This document shows positions 37,641 to 47,681 of a stretch of 64,000 bases of DNA, one piece after another. The notes under the pieces were generated by a model that worked only from the letters and a program-made list of their open reading frames with translations, was not told the origin of the DNA and searched no databases. The DNA comes from Minisyncoccota bacterium (lineage in GTDB: Bacteria; Patescibacteriota; Minisyncoccia; Phycocordibacterales; Phycocordibacteraceae): assembly GCA_035627595.1 (NCBI GenBank), contig DASPLK010000005.1, positions 69,513-133,512 on the forward strand. Direction: 5' to 3'. A program made the position numbers and the translations under genes. Positions within the stretch are counted from its first letter, which is position 1. Each line of letters starts with the position of its first letter.

Positions 37641-38210
37641 CTATTTAAGCCAATAGATACGGAACGTCATGTCATATGAGTACACACCCGTGGTCGCGCT
37701 CTCTACATTAATCGAGACAAGATCAAGTATACGGAGACTCTTCTCCGCCGCTTCGATAAACGCACGGAACGAGGTGTAGCTTCCCTCTGCCGTCACGGTG
37801 ATATCAAGCGACTCGATAGACTCAGTAGATTCAAGCGCGAGGCTGCCGCCCATATCGACATCCCCCTCTTCAGCACCTCCCTCCTCAGTCGATCCAACAT
37901 TAAAATTGGAGAGGCGTACGCCCGATCGGGCTGCAAGCGCGTCGAGATCAAGAATGAGCTGAATATTGTTTACGTTATCAGGAAGGAATGCGACAAGTCG
38001 CGCGAGCCCGTCGGCGGGGAGCGCTTGCTGCTGCTCTTCAAGCTCGCTCTCGCGCGACTCGAACGCCGTAGCGGCTTCAAGCGCACCATTAAGGCTCTGC
38101 ACTTCGGTTCGTGCCGCTGCGACCGCGCCAGTGTAGGTCGGATTCGTGTAGGCGAAGAAGATGCCTACTGCGACGACTATGAGAAGGACGGGAAGGAAGC
38201 GCTGCATCAT
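37641..38210 (-). CDS. pilO: type IV pilus inner-membrane component PilO-like
   Basis: 189 aa; N-terminal TM helix, coiled-coil, then periplasmic domain; gene order pilM-pilN-pilO. Confidence 0.5.
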   Translation of the reverse strand: MMQRFLPVLLIVVAVGIFFAYTNPTYTGAVAAARTEVQSLNGALEAATAFESRESELEEQQQALPADGLARLVAFLPDNVNNIQLILDLDALAARSGVRLSNFNVGSTEEGGAEEGDVDMGGSLALESTESIESLDITVTAEGSYTSFRAFIEAAEKSLRILDLVSINVESATTGVYSYDMTFRIYWLK

Positions 38211-38905
38211 ATGTTTGGTGTGGTAGTTCCTGCCGGGGCTGTGGTGGTAGCCGCAGGTGCAGCAACAGGTTCCTCAACGACTTCAGGAACTTCAGGAACG
38301 ACTGGCGTTGTGGTTGCCAAAGCTCCCTCAACCCTCATTCTCATAAGTCCGGCGTCGAGGTCTGCCGTAAGCGTAAAGCCAACCGTTCCGTTAGTGTTGA
38401 TGCGGATATCAGAGAAGATGGCCCGCTTGAACTCGCGCTTGGTAGCTATCTCGTTTGACTGGGCCGCGAGCGTATTAAAGTTACGTGCTGTACCGGAAAG
38501 CTCGACAGATGCAGTGCGATCGTCAGCGACCGTGAGCGTCAGGTCTTCGAACCTAACGTTCTGCAGGGTGACGGTTTCCAAAAGCGTGAAGAAACGCGAC
38601 GCAGTAACGTGATTATCAAGAAGCCTCTTTCCCGAATCGAAGCGCTGCTGCAAACGTATGAAATTTTCTACCTTCTCGCGATCTATCTGACTTCGTGCCT
38701 GATCGAGCGCTGTGGTCTTTACCTCGATGACGCTTTCGAGGTACTTCTGGTAGCCAAACACTGCGCCTGCGGTTACGACAGAAACACTGAGTATGAGGAT
38801 CGAGACGAGCAGGAAGATATTATCTCCCGGCTGCATCTTACGACGCGGCGCATCCAAGGGCTGCTTGGGAACGAACGAGGTTGGTATGGTTGGAGATACG
38901 GCCAC
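38207..38905 (-). CDS. pilN: type IV pilus inner-membrane component PilN-like
   Basis: 232 aa; cytoplasmic N-terminus, single TM helix, periplasmic coiled coil; Pro/Thr/Ala-rich tail; position after pilM. Confidence 0.5.
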   Translation of the reverse strand: MAVSPTIPTSFVPKQPLDAPRRKMQPGDNIFLLVSILILSVSVVTAGAVFGYQKYLESVIEVKTTALDQARSQIDREKVENFIRLQQRFDSGKRLLDNHVTASRFFTLLETVTLQNVRFEDLTLTVADDRTASVELSGTARNFNTLAAQSNEIATKREFKRAIFSDIRINTNGTVGFTLTADLDAGLMRMRVEGALATTTPVVPEVPEVVEEPVAAPAATTTAPAGTTTPNI

Positions 38906-38956
38906 GGTATCAGTATACGCGCCGCTGAAACGTTGCGCGATGCCTTATACACACAT

Positions 38957-40042
38957 CTACCCGAGTTCCTCGAGCTTCCGGAGCGCGAGCCCAACCGCAA
39001 CCGCAAACTCGGGACCTATCTCCTTAAGGACTGGACGCATGAACTCCGGTGCTTCTACCTTGGAAAACGGGTCGGCTATCTTCACTTCGACGGCAAAGAA
39101 TGATTTCGCGTAGCCGCCGAGCTCCTTTGTCACGCCTCCGCCGCCTGTGAGGACGACGCTGGATACTGTCTTATTGTGCACGCGCTCATACTGATCGAGT
39201 ACGCGCTTCGCTTCCTGGAAGATGCGGGTATAGATGAGCTCTACGGTCTTCTTTTCATATGCGCTCTCCGCACCCACTACGCCGTACGCCTTCTTGAGCG
39301 ACTCGGCCTTCCCTACGGTGTGTCCGTGTGCACTTGCGATAGTACGTGTTACGTCCTGGCCGCCCTGCGGAATGTTATGGCTCTTGGCGACCACGCCACG
39401 CTCAACTACATACACCTTGGTCGCCGATGCGCCAATATCAAGCACCATTACCGGCTTCACTGGCTCGTCCACTACTGAGCGAATAGTGCTGAAGATCTCG
39501 ATCTCATAGAAAGAGGTGCTCAGGGCGGCCGTCGTAACCACGTTCTGCAGTAATGCGATCTGGTCGTTATGCACGGCCACAATAAGCACCTTCACTTTGG
39601 ATGACGGCTCGGCATTCTCTCCCATTGGTTCGGGCACAATAAACCAGTCGAGCTGCACCTCAGTAACAGGCACGGGGATGTACTTTCTCGCCTCAAGCTC
39701 GACGATGGTTTTCTGTTCTTCTGGGTCGTCCCTGCGCGGGAGCTCGACAAGAGTGAGCAAGGAACGGGAAAACGGTATGGAGACGCCTGCCTCAGGCGTC
39801 GTCACGTTCGACTCGCGCATGAGATCCTTCAGGTTCTCTGCGATTTTCGATGCCGGCAGATTCGTCGCCTGCCCTACCTCGCTTCCGGCGTACGGCCCGA
39901 GCGCAAGCTCGCCATACGTCTCAAGTACCGCGGTCTGACCGTGCTTTCTGAGCTGCACGACCTTAAGGGACGAGGACCCGACATCAACGCCGAGTACGCT
40001 CTTGCTCTTCTTTGCCGGGAACAGCTTGGAGAAGAAGCTCAT
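38957..40042 (-). CDS. pilM: type IV pilus assembly protein PilM (actin-like ATPase fold)
   Basis: 361 aa; N-terminal LGVDVGSSSLKVV actin/Hsp70-like phosphate-1 motif. Confidence 0.8.
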   Translation of the reverse strand: MSFFSKLFPAKKSKSVLGVDVGSSSLKVVQLRKHGQTAVLETYGELALGPYAGSEVGQATNLPASKIAENLKDLMRESNVTTPEAGVSIPFSRSLLTLVELPRRDDPEEQKTIVELEARKYIPVPVTEVQLDWFIVPEPMGENAEPSSKVKVLIVAVHNDQIALLQNVVTTAALSTSFYEIEIFSTIRSVVDEPVKPVMVLDIGASATKVYVVERGVVAKSHNIPQGGQDVTRTIASAHGHTVGKAESLKKAYGVVGAESAYEKKTVELIYTRIFQEAKRVLDQYERVHNKTVSSVVLTGGGGVTKELGGYAKSFFAVEVKIADPFSKVEAPEFMRPVLKEIGPEFAVAVGLALRKLEELG

Positions 40043-40679
40043 GGCGCGATTGTATCATGCAGACATGTTTATGATTCAGCAGATACTCGACATCATATTC
40101 CCGCCGAAGCGTGATGCGCTCGTCGTACGCACCCTTTCAGTCGACGATATCCTCGAACACCTGTACCCGACAAACGTAAATGGCGCCATTGCGCTCCTTC
40201 CCTATCGCGTCCGAGCCATAGGCGCATTGGTGCGCGAAGCAAAGTTCAACGGGAGCGTACGTGCGTGGGAACTACTTGCAGTCACGCTTAGTGAGTACCT
40301 TCTTGAGTACCTTGGTGATCAACACGCATATGAAGAGCGCGTCGTGGTATTAGTTCCCATTCCACTTTCAAAGAAGCGATATAGGGAGCGAGGATACAAC
40401 CAGGTAGAAGAAGTGCTGAAACGGGTATCGGTGCCAGACGTGCGCACAATGCCGCGCGCCTTGAAACGCGTACGCCATACGAAGGCCCAGACCTCCCTTA
40501 CTAAGCGATCGCGCATGGAGAATTTGGCGGGTGCCTTCTATGCAGAGGCAGCTGATCCCACATACCTTTATATGGTCATCGACGATGTCACCACGACCGG
40601 CGCCACGCTTCATGACGCGGTCCGAGCGCTTACTGAGACCGGCGCCCTACATGTGCATGCGGTAGCGCTCAGCCATTAG
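40002..40679 (+). CDS. comFC: ComF-family phosphoribosyltransferase-domain protein
   Basis: PRTase motif VIDDVTTTGATL; ComF-like length; true start probably an internal Met. Confidence 0.7.
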   Translation: MLFFAGNSLEKKLMARLYHADMFMIQQILDIIFPPKRDALVVRTLSVDDILEHLYPTNVNGAIALLPYRVRAIGALVREAKFNGSVRAWELLAVTLSEYLLEYLGDQHAYEERVVVLVPIPLSKKRYRERGYNQVEEVLKRVSVPDVRTMPRALKRVRHTKAQTSLTKRSRMENLAGAFYAEAADPTYLYMVIDDVTTTGATLHDAVRALTETGALHVHAVALSH

Positions 40680-40715
40680 AGGAGAACGGCCGAATATGCT
40701 ACCCTAGCGCTATCT

Positions 40716-40803
40716 GGAGACGTGGCTGAGTGGTCGAAAGCACCTCACTGCTAACGAGGCAGGGGATAAAACCCCTCGCGGGTTCGAATCCCGCCGTCTC
40801 CGC
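40716..40803 (+). tRNA. tRNA-Ser (anticodon GCU)
   Basis: GGAGACGUGGCUGAGUGGUCGAAAGCA; anticodon loop CUGCUAA; long variable arm CAGGGGAUAAAACCCCUCG; T-arm GCGGGUUCGAAUCCCGC. Confidence 0.8.
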
Positions 40804-40852
40804 TCGTAGTTTCCTATGCCGCCCATATGTGGCATAGTGCGCGCACCTGCAC

Positions 40853-41431
40853 ATGGCAGGCATGTACCAACGGAGAGAGAACGTGCAAGACAACATCGCA
40901 CAGCTCGAGTTCTTCCACGTTGGTGGCAAGAACGCGAGCTCACTCGACGAGCTTTTCAGAGAGTGCGCCAAGCGATCTAGCGACAATTTGAAGCTTGTGC
41001 TCGCTGGCTCTGATATCGGCACCGGCATCAAGACCACCGTCCGCCTCTACGACTCGGACGGTGTGCTGACCAAGCTTGCGACTGAAGCGCAGGCTAACGA
41101 GAGGCGCTCGCAAGAGCTATGGGATGAGTTCGGAAACGCCCGCGGTTTCCGCCGCTGGCACATCGACAGGCAGAGCAGGAAATGCGCGAGGCTCAGCATC
41201 GATTACCGCCGCCAAGCGCTCATGCTCGCTGGATATGTACTTGCCGACGCGGTCACGTATGGCCGTGAGGTAGCGGTCGAATGTCCTGACCGCACCTTCC
41301 GGCCGCTTCGCGACAACGAAGGTCATGAACTTGTTGAAAGTGCATCCCAGGCCAAGGGGGTTTGGATCTTCGTTTTCAAGCCAAATTTCCTCTACACCGA
41401 CAGGAACACTATGCTGGTACATGTAATGTAA
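40853..41431 (+). CDS. hypothetical protein
   Basis: 192 aa, no recognisable motif; GTG at about 40880 preceded by ggagagag may be the real start; immediately downstream of tRNA-Ser. Confidence 0.4.
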   Translation: MAGMYQRRENVQDNIAQLEFFHVGGKNASSLDELFRECAKRSSDNLKLVLAGSDIGTGIKTTVRLYDSDGVLTKLATEAQANERRSQELWDEFGNARGFRRWHIDRQSRKCARLSIDYRRQALMLAGYVLADAVTYGREVAVECPDRTFRPLRDNEGHELVESASQAKGVWIFVFKPNFLYTDRNTMLVHVM

Positions 41432-41494
41432 GCAGCGGGGCCGCCTAGTAGCATAATGCGAACGGCGGCCCTTTCCTTTACATAACCGTGTCCC

Positions 41495-42193
41495 TTGCCC
41501 GTCCTCATATATATGGACCTTGCCCTCTCCCCCAAGGAAGCAATAGCCCTCCAGAAGGAACTTTGCGAACGGGTACGCCTTACGCAACTTACTAAACCAG
41601 TCTCGCTAATTGGTGGCGCTGACGTATCAATGAATAGATTCGCCAAGGAAGGGTTCGGTGGCTTCGTCACGCTCACCTACCCTGAACTCTCTCTCGTCGA
41701 CGAGAGCGTTACCCATAGCGACATCCCCTTCCCCTACATCCCTGGTCTCCTCTCCTTCCGCGAGATACCCATGCTCCTGTCTGCCTGGGAGAGACTAGCG
41801 ACCAAGCCCGACGTACTTATGGTCGACGGCATCGGCATCGCGCACCCCAGACGGTTTGGGATCGCATCACACCTGGGACTGATCCTCAACTTGCCGACCA
41901 TAGGCTGCGCGAAGAGCGTGCTCGTGGGGACGTACGAGGACCCGCCGAACGAGCGCGGTGCGTACAGCCACCTCACACACAACAACGAGGTTGTAGGAGC
42001 TGCCGTACGCACGAAACCGAACGTGAAGCCGGTGTTCGTGTCCCCGGGACACCTGATAACGCTCGAAGAATCGATCGAGCTCGTCATGAAGACAAACCTC
42101 AGGCACCGGCTTCCCGAGCCCACGCGCCAGGCGCACAATGCCGTAAACCGGCACCGCGTCGCGTTCATAGAGGACACAGGCCTTTTGGCATAG
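41495..42193 (+). CDS. nfi: endonuclease V
   Basis: 232 aa; YIPGLLSFRE and DGIGIAHPRRFGIASHLG motifs. Confidence 0.85.
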   Translation: MPVLIYMDLALSPKEAIALQKELCERVRLTQLTKPVSLIGGADVSMNRFAKEGFGGFVTLTYPELSLVDESVTHSDIPFPYIPGLLSFREIPMLLSAWERLATKPDVLMVDGIGIAHPRRFGIASHLGLILNLPTIGCAKSVLVGTYEDPPNERGAYSHLTHNNEVVGAAVRTKPNVKPVFVSPGHLITLEESIELVMKTNLRHRLPEPTRQAHNAVNRHRVAFIEDTGLLA

Positions 42194-42229
42194 CCTATAA
42201 TCAAATTCATACGCATAACCGATACGTCT

Positions 42230-42709
42230 ATGAATACCCGAACCCTCATCACCATTGTCGTCATCGCGCTCATTGCGATCGGCGGATACTTCTTCCTCTC
42301 GAACCGTGCGGCGGCGCCTACGCCTATTGAGGAGCAGGTAACCGAACCATTAGCAACGGAAGAGGAGCCGGTCGGCGACACCGAGTACGCTGCACTCGTG
42401 ACCTATACGGACGGCGGATTCTCTCCTGCAACGACCCAGGTGCGCGTCGGTGATACCGTGCGCTTCGTCAATAACTCCTCACGCGGCATGTGGGTCGGCG
42501 TCGATGAGCACCCGACGCATACGGAGTACGACGGCACTTCCACCCGCGAGCACTGCGCAGACGGCGCAGCTACCGGTGACGTGTTCGACATGTGCCGCCA
42601 GGGCGTACCGGGCGAGTTCTGGGAGTTCACTTTCACGAAAGCCGGCTCCTTCGATTTCCACAATCATGCGCAGGCATCGCACGGCGGCACCATTGTCGTG
42701 AGCGAGTAG
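42230..42709 (+). CDS. membrane-anchored cupredoxin-like domain protein (tentative)
   Basis: 159 aa; N-terminal TM helix; C-terminal beta-rich region with H...C...H.H spacing reminiscent of type-1 copper sites. Confidence 0.3.
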   Translation: MNTRTLITIVVIALIAIGGYFFLSNRAAAPTPIEEQVTEPLATEEEPVGDTEYAALVTYTDGGFSPATTQVRVGDTVRFVNNSSRGMWVGVDEHPTHTEYDGTSTREHCADGAATGDVFDMCRQGVPGEFWEFTFTKAGSFDFHNHAQASHGGTIVVSE

Positions 42710-42710
42710 T

Positions 42711-43082
42711 ATGAACCCGCTCACGCTCCCCATTCCCGAGCTATTCCTACGCGGCGCGGTCGCCTTCTCGTTCCTGTATCCGCCTATCGACGCATTGTCT
42801 GACCCGGATTCCTGGATCGGGTATTTCCCGGGATTCGTTTTGTCTTCGGGCATCGACCCCATGACACTTCTCCATACGTTCGGTGCGATCGAAGGCGTTA
42901 TCGCGCTCTGGATTCTCTTCGGGAAGAACGTGCTCTGGCCGAGCGTGGCTGCGGCTGTGCTTCTCATAGCCATCGTTCTGGTGAACGGCATCCAGTTCCC
43001 CGTCCTCTTCCGTGACGTGTCTATCGCGCTCGCTGCGCTTGCGCTTGCCTTCATGCACCGGCCCTATGTCGCGCGTCACTAG
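42711..43082 (+). CDS. DoxX-family membrane protein
   Basis: 123 aa; four hydrophobic helices typical of DoxX. Confidence 0.5.
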   Translation: MNPLTLPIPELFLRGAVAFSFLYPPIDALSDPDSWIGYFPGFVLSSGIDPMTLLHTFGAIEGVIALWILFGKNVLWPSVAAAVLLIAIVLVNGIQFPVLFRDVSIALAALALAFMHRPYVARH

Positions 43083-43503
43083 GAGCGCCGGCGGCATCGT
43101 GCTCGGGAACTCAGGCGACATCGCGCTCGTCAGGAACCGCATTGATACGAAATGGTTCTTCCCTAAAGGGCGCCTCGAGGAAGGCGAGGACGATGAGACT
43201 GCGGCTCGCCGTGAGATCGCTGAGGAGACTGGGATCACTGACCTCGAACACATCGCTGACCTCGGTTCCTACGCGCGTCCGCGCATAGGCGCAGACGGCG
43301 AGTACCGAGAGGACGAACTGAAGGACATACACATGTACTTGTTCGCGGCTCCCATGTACGCGGAACTCTCTCCGAGCATGGAAATAGCTGAAGCATGCTG
43401 GGTGCCGTACCGCGAAGTCGCGGAACGCCTAGAGGACGCAAAGGACCGCGCCTGGTACATCAGTGTGTTCGAGCGCGTGCGCGAGGCGGTGCAGCGCGAC
43501 TAG
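43066..43503 (+). CDS. NUDIX hydrolase
   Basis: NUDIX box GRLEEGEDDETAARREIAEETG; ORF track starts at 43012, internal Met at 43066 preferred. Confidence 0.8.
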   Translation: MSRVTRSAGGIVLGNSGDIALVRNRIDTKWFFPKGRLEEGEDDETAARREIAEETGITDLEHIADLGSYARPRIGADGEYREDELKDIHMYLFAAPMYAELSPSMEIAEACWVPYREVAERLEDAKDRAWYISVFERVREAVQRD

Positions 43504-43916
43504 ATAAGGAAGAGGTACATGCCTATGGGCACCACCCACGCGAGCCAGTCGCTCACGCTCTTGGGAAGATGCTGCTGGTAGTAGCGGGGGTGGAAGTAGA
43601 ACTCCTGAACGGTAATAACCATTCCGGCGCTCACAAGGAGGACATACAGGGCAACTTCACTTCCGAACAGTCGGTTCGATATGAATGCCGCCGCGGCTAT
43701 GAACAAGAAAGCTCCAATAACATGGAACACCTGCCGGTACGCAATGAGTGCATAGCTGTAACTTCCCGGGCCGCGTACGTCCTGCACGCGTCTTAACATT
43801 GCCTCATACGCAGCACGCCCGCGTATGCGCTTGCCTTCAACCGATACCGCAAACGGAAAGCACCGGTTCGGGAGGGTCACCCAGAAGGAGTAGAAGCGCA
43901 GGTACGGTCGCAACAT
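43500..43916 (-). CDS. hypothetical membrane protein
   Basis: 138 aa; three to four TM helices. Confidence 0.45.
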   Translation of the reverse strand: MLRPYLRFYSFWVTLPNRCFPFAVSVEGKRIRGRAAYEAMLRRVQDVRGPGSYSYALIAYRQVFHVIGAFLFIAAAAFISNRLFGSEVALYVLLVSAGMVITVQEFYFHPRYYQQHLPKSVSDWLAWVVPIGMYLFLI

Positions 43917-43922
43917 ACGATC

Positions 43923-45056
43923 TTATCGGATTGCTTTGGCTACCGCCGGCACGACCCGCTTGTCGAGTATCTCCGGGATTATCTTGCCCGCGCTCGGCTT
44001 ATCTATAAGGGCTGCAAGCGCCTTTGCTGCGCGGAGCTTCGATGCCTCCGTTATCTGGCCGACACCTTTATCAAGCGCGCCACGAAAGACGCCTGGGAAT
44101 ACGAGCGCGTTGTTTATCTGATTTGGAAAATCGGAGCGTCCGGTCGCGACCACCATCGCGCCGCCCGCTTTTGCCTCTTCTGGCATGATCTCGGGCACGG
44201 GATTCGAGAGCGCGAATACGATCGCGCGGGGCGCCATCGTACGTATGTCGTCTTTCGTGAGGAGGTCAGGGCCGGAAACGCCAATGAATACATCAGCACC
44301 CTGCAGCGCGTCCTCGAGCGTACCGGAGACCCCGCGTGGATTGGTACGTACAGCGATATCGCGCTTGGAGTCGTTGAGGTCCTTCCTTCCTTTCTCGATC
44401 GCACCTGCCCTATCGACAAGCACGATGTCGGCAATGCCCGCGGCAAGAAGAAGCTTCGCGACCGCAATGCCCGCGGCGCCTGCGCCTGCGATCGTCACCT
44501 TCAACTTCTTGATTGGCTTCCCGACCACCTTAGCTGCGTTTATGAGACCCGCAAGGACGATGATGGCGGTACCGTGCTGGTCGTCGTGCATGACGGGAAT
44601 GGAGAGACGCTTGATGAGCTCCTCCTCCACGCAGAAGCAGCCCGGTGCCTTGATGTCCTCGAGGTTGATGCCGCCGAACCCGGGCGCGATAGCAAGGACG
44701 GTCTCCACTATCTTCTCGGGATCCTGCGTATCAAGGACGATCGGCCACGCGTCGATGCCCGCCAGTTCGCGGAATATGAGCGCCTTGCCCTCCATGACCG
44801 GCAGCGCGCCGTACGGACCGATGTTCCCGAGCCCCAAGACCGCAGAGCCGTCAGACACCACGGCAACGCTGTTCTTCTTCAAAGAATATGCACGCGCATC
44901 CTCAGGCTTCCTTGAAAGGTGGAGGGAGACCTGACCGACGCCTGGCGTATAGAACGTCGAGAAGTCTTCCTTCTTCTTAAGTTTCACCTTCCCGCGAGTC
45001 TCTATCTTTCCCCCGACCGCCTTATGCGCAGCGAGCACCTTCTTTGGATCTAGCAT
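43923..45056 (-). CDS. maeA: NAD(P)-dependent malic enzyme (short form)
   Basis: 377 aa; malic enzyme motifs (FNDDQHGTAI-like DDQHGTAII; Rossmann TIAGAGAAG). Confidence 0.9.
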   Translation of the reverse strand: MLDPKKVLAAHKAVGGKIETRGKVKLKKKEDFSTFYTPGVGQVSLHLSRKPEDARAYSLKKNSVAVVSDGSAVLGLGNIGPYGALPVMEGKALIFRELAGIDAWPIVLDTQDPEKIVETVLAIAPGFGGINLEDIKAPGCFCVEEELIKRLSIPVMHDDQHGTAIIVLAGLINAAKVVGKPIKKLKVTIAGAGAAGIAVAKLLLAAGIADIVLVDRAGAIEKGRKDLNDSKRDIAVRTNPRGVSGTLEDALQGADVFIGVSGPDLLTKDDIRTMAPRAIVFALSNPVPEIMPEEAKAGGAMVVATGRSDFPNQINNALVFPGVFRGALDKGVGQITEASKLRAAKALAALIDKPSAGKIIPEILDKRVVPAVAKAIR

Positions 45057-45111
45057 GGATATATGACTAAAGCGCCTTATAGCGCTCTAGTGTACCGCAC
45101 CTCTTCGGTTC

Positions 45112-45654
45112 TTACTCGACCACCTTGACCTCGACAGCACAACTGCCGACGCCTCCAGGACCTACCAAATTCACCGCATAGCCATGCGGGCCTAGATGGT
45201 GCACCGAAATTCGCTCAGAACCATTCAGCGCTACCTTCTTCTGACCAAAGAGCACCGCTGACGTCGCGTTATCGCTGTTCCAGCGGATGCGCAGGAGGTC
45301 GCCCTTATGAAGCGCCTTCTCAGACGCCTTCAGGGTGCAGGTCGGTGCCGGGTACGAGATGGTGAACGTCTCGGAATCGTACTTTGCGCCTTCGCGGTCG
45401 CTTGCGAGGATGGTATACGTACCTGCTTCGAGATTCTTCGGAAGCATCACGCGTTTTACGCCGGTCGCCTTAGGCAGCCTGCTTGAACGCACTACCTCAC
45501 CAGAAGAAGACAGGACGGAGAGCGATGCGCCCTTCATGTCCTCATAGCGGACCATGAGCGTGCGGCCTTCGTGGCTTTTGACGGAGAGGTCCGCAGCGAG
45601 CGCTGACGAGGGCGCAAGAACAAGGAGCAAAATAAGAAGTGCGATGTACGGCAT
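45112..45654 (-). CDS. secreted hypothetical protein
   Basis: 180 aa; signal peptide ending ALAA; beta-rich. Confidence 0.5.
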   Translation of the reverse strand: MPYIALLILLLVLAPSSALAADLSVKSHEGRTLMVRYEDMKGASLSVLSSSGEVVRSSRLPKATGVKRVMLPKNLEAGTYTILASDREGAKYDSETFTISYPAPTCTLKASEKALHKGDLLRIRWNSDNATSAVLFGQKKVALNGSERISVHHLGPHGYAVNLVGPGGVGSCAVEVKVVE

Positions 45655-45686
45655 GGAACGATAGCTATGATATGGGCTTACGATAG

Positions 45687-45720
45687 CACAAAGGCGCTCC
45701 CGTTCGGGAGCGCCTTTGTG
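45687..45720. terminator. stem-loop terminator
   Basis: cacaaaggcgctccc gttc gggagcgcctttgtg, 15-bp stem. Confidence 0.6.
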
Positions 45721-45731
45721 AGAGCGAGCCG

Positions 45732-47609
45732 CTATCCCTTGTAGCCGTACTCGATATCTATCGAGGACGCATTGGTGCCGCCGAAGTAGACGCCGCTGTA
45801 GTAGAGACCGCGGTCAAGGAGCCACTGCTCGAGCTTCACGAGCTCGCCATCCTTCTTCGTCACGACCGGCACCGAGTCGCCTTCGCGCACCGTGTAGTAC
45901 TCGATCGGAGTGCCGGAAGGAACACCGGTCACGCGCTGCTTGTAATGACCGATCGCGATGATCTTCGAGATCTTCGCCCTGTTCGGGTTATTGATGATCC
46001 AGTTGGTCGACTCGTACGAGCTTAGCACCAAAGGCTGCGCCGGATAGGAGCTGTCCGCCTTGATGTTCAGAGTCACCGTTCCTTCAGTGTGCTGCTGGAA
46101 CCCGCGTCCATTGGGGTAGTACCCCTCGTAGATGCCCGCCACGATCGCCATCTTACTTGCGACGTCCTCCTCCTTGAGCCGCACCGTGAGCGTCTCCTTG
46201 GCAAGTTCCACATTGTTCGCGTAGAGCGTGATGGTGTAGGTGCCGGCTCTGAGGTCTTCCTGCACCTTGTGGGACCATTTGCCGTTCTTCTTCACCCTGA
46301 TGTCGCCGCTGCCGTATACCTTGTCGCCGTTACCGATGCTGAAGCCCACCGTCTTCGTGCCCGACGCCGTGCCCTTGATGGTCGGGTTCTCCTTCTTCGC
46401 GGAGAGCGTCTTTATGTTGAAGGCGCCCTTTACTGTGGTGGTTCCCGCGATGAGCGTGAGCGGCTTGGTCGTGAAATCGCGGCCGCCGAGGCTGTACACG
46501 TCGATCTTCCCGTCAGCGGACCCCTTATGGATAAGTCCCTTGAGCTCGAGCTTGTGCGGTCCCGTCTTCTCCGCGACCGCTGATGCGGTGACCGTGAACC
46601 GTTCGGTCTCTTCCTCGTCGACGATGAAGAATCCCCCGCTCTTGGACGCTGTGCTGGTGAGCGTATGCGCTACGTTCTTCGGGATGTGCATACCGGGTCC
46701 AAAAACGCCCCATATGACACCCTCGGTCGCGCTTATGTATGCGTCGCCGCCGAGCGCGGTAACATCGAAGTCGATTTCGAACGTACCGTGTTGCGGAATG
46801 TCCGTATAGGTTACGTCCGCGTCGGTGCTGACCGGCTCAATGATGGTGGAACGTTCGGAACCCGCCTCTCCGAGCAAGCGCAGGGTCTCGGTCGTGGTCT
46901 GCTTACGCTCCCTGCTGTTGAGCAGGTATACCGAGAGCGCCCCGCCCGGCGTATCCGTGTACTGGATGGAACTGAGACGGACGCGGTATTCGCCATCCTC
47001 GTTCGGGTCGAGCCACACGTTAAGCTCGAGGACCTCGGTCTCGCCCTCTTCGATACGCGCGTAGCTGCCGACCTCGACGGCCCGGTACGCACTTACCGCC
47101 GAAGAGACGGTGCCCTTCCACCTAGGCGAACTGAGGATATCGAAGGCGAAGCCAGACCGGGCGTTCGTACCGCCAGAGAGCGGGACGTACACGTCGTTAT
47201 CGTCCGCGGTCACCTCCACAGTTATCGTATAGTCGCCCAAGGTGTTGTCCTGTTCCGTGTTCGCCTCTACCTCGACGACCTCCATGTAGATCACCCCCGC
47301 GTCCGTGGTGGAGACGCCCGGAAGCACTTCCGGCGTGACCTCCGTATTCTTCGTCGTTGTAGGCGCGGGGGTCGTGGTAGGCGTCGTCTGCCCGGTCGTT
47401 GGCGAGGTCGTCTCCATCCCCGGAAGAACGAGCGGCTCGTCCGCGGATGCCGAGACGCCGAGCACCTGTCCCTTCATCTGCGAAAGCTGCGCCTGGATAG
47501 CTTCAAGCTGCGCGATGAGGTCGCTTACGGATGCGGCGCTTGCGGAACTTGGGAGCGAGAGTGCTGTCGCAAGCAGAAGCGCGATGGCGAACGTACGGAT
47601 ATAGGTCAT
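45732..47609 (-). CDS. large secreted protein, paralogue family with N-terminal LIAQLEAIQAQL motif
   Basis: 625 aa; signal peptide; Thr/Pro-rich linker; beta-rich domains. Confidence 0.65.
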   Translation of the reverse strand: MTYIRTFAIALLLATALSLPSSASAASVSDLIAQLEAIQAQLSQMKGQVLGVSASADEPLVLPGMETTSPTTGQTTPTTTPAPTTTKNTEVTPEVLPGVSTTDAGVIYMEVVEVEANTEQDNTLGDYTITVEVTADDNDVYVPLSGGTNARSGFAFDILSSPRWKGTVSSAVSAYRAVEVGSYARIEEGETEVLELNVWLDPNEDGEYRVRLSSIQYTDTPGGALSVYLLNSRERKQTTTETLRLLGEAGSERSTIIEPVSTDADVTYTDIPQHGTFEIDFDVTALGGDAYISATEGVIWGVFGPGMHIPKNVAHTLTSTASKSGGFFIVDEEETERFTVTASAVAEKTGPHKLELKGLIHKGSADGKIDVYSLGGRDFTTKPLTLIAGTTTVKGAFNIKTLSAKKENPTIKGTASGTKTVGFSIGNGDKVYGSGDIRVKKNGKWSHKVQEDLRAGTYTITLYANNVELAKETLTVRLKEEDVASKMAIVAGIYEGYYPNGRGFQQHTEGTVTLNIKADSSYPAQPLVLSSYESTNWIINNPNRAKISKIIAIGHYKQRVTGVPSGTPIEYYTVREGDSVPVVTKKDGELVKLEQWLLDRGLYYSGVYFGGTNASSIDIEYGYKG

Positions 47610-47681
47610 AGTCTAAGGCTACTAGTACGCCTTGTACCATACCATTTATATGCTGTGTTTTGGTCCCTCCATGAGGACACC

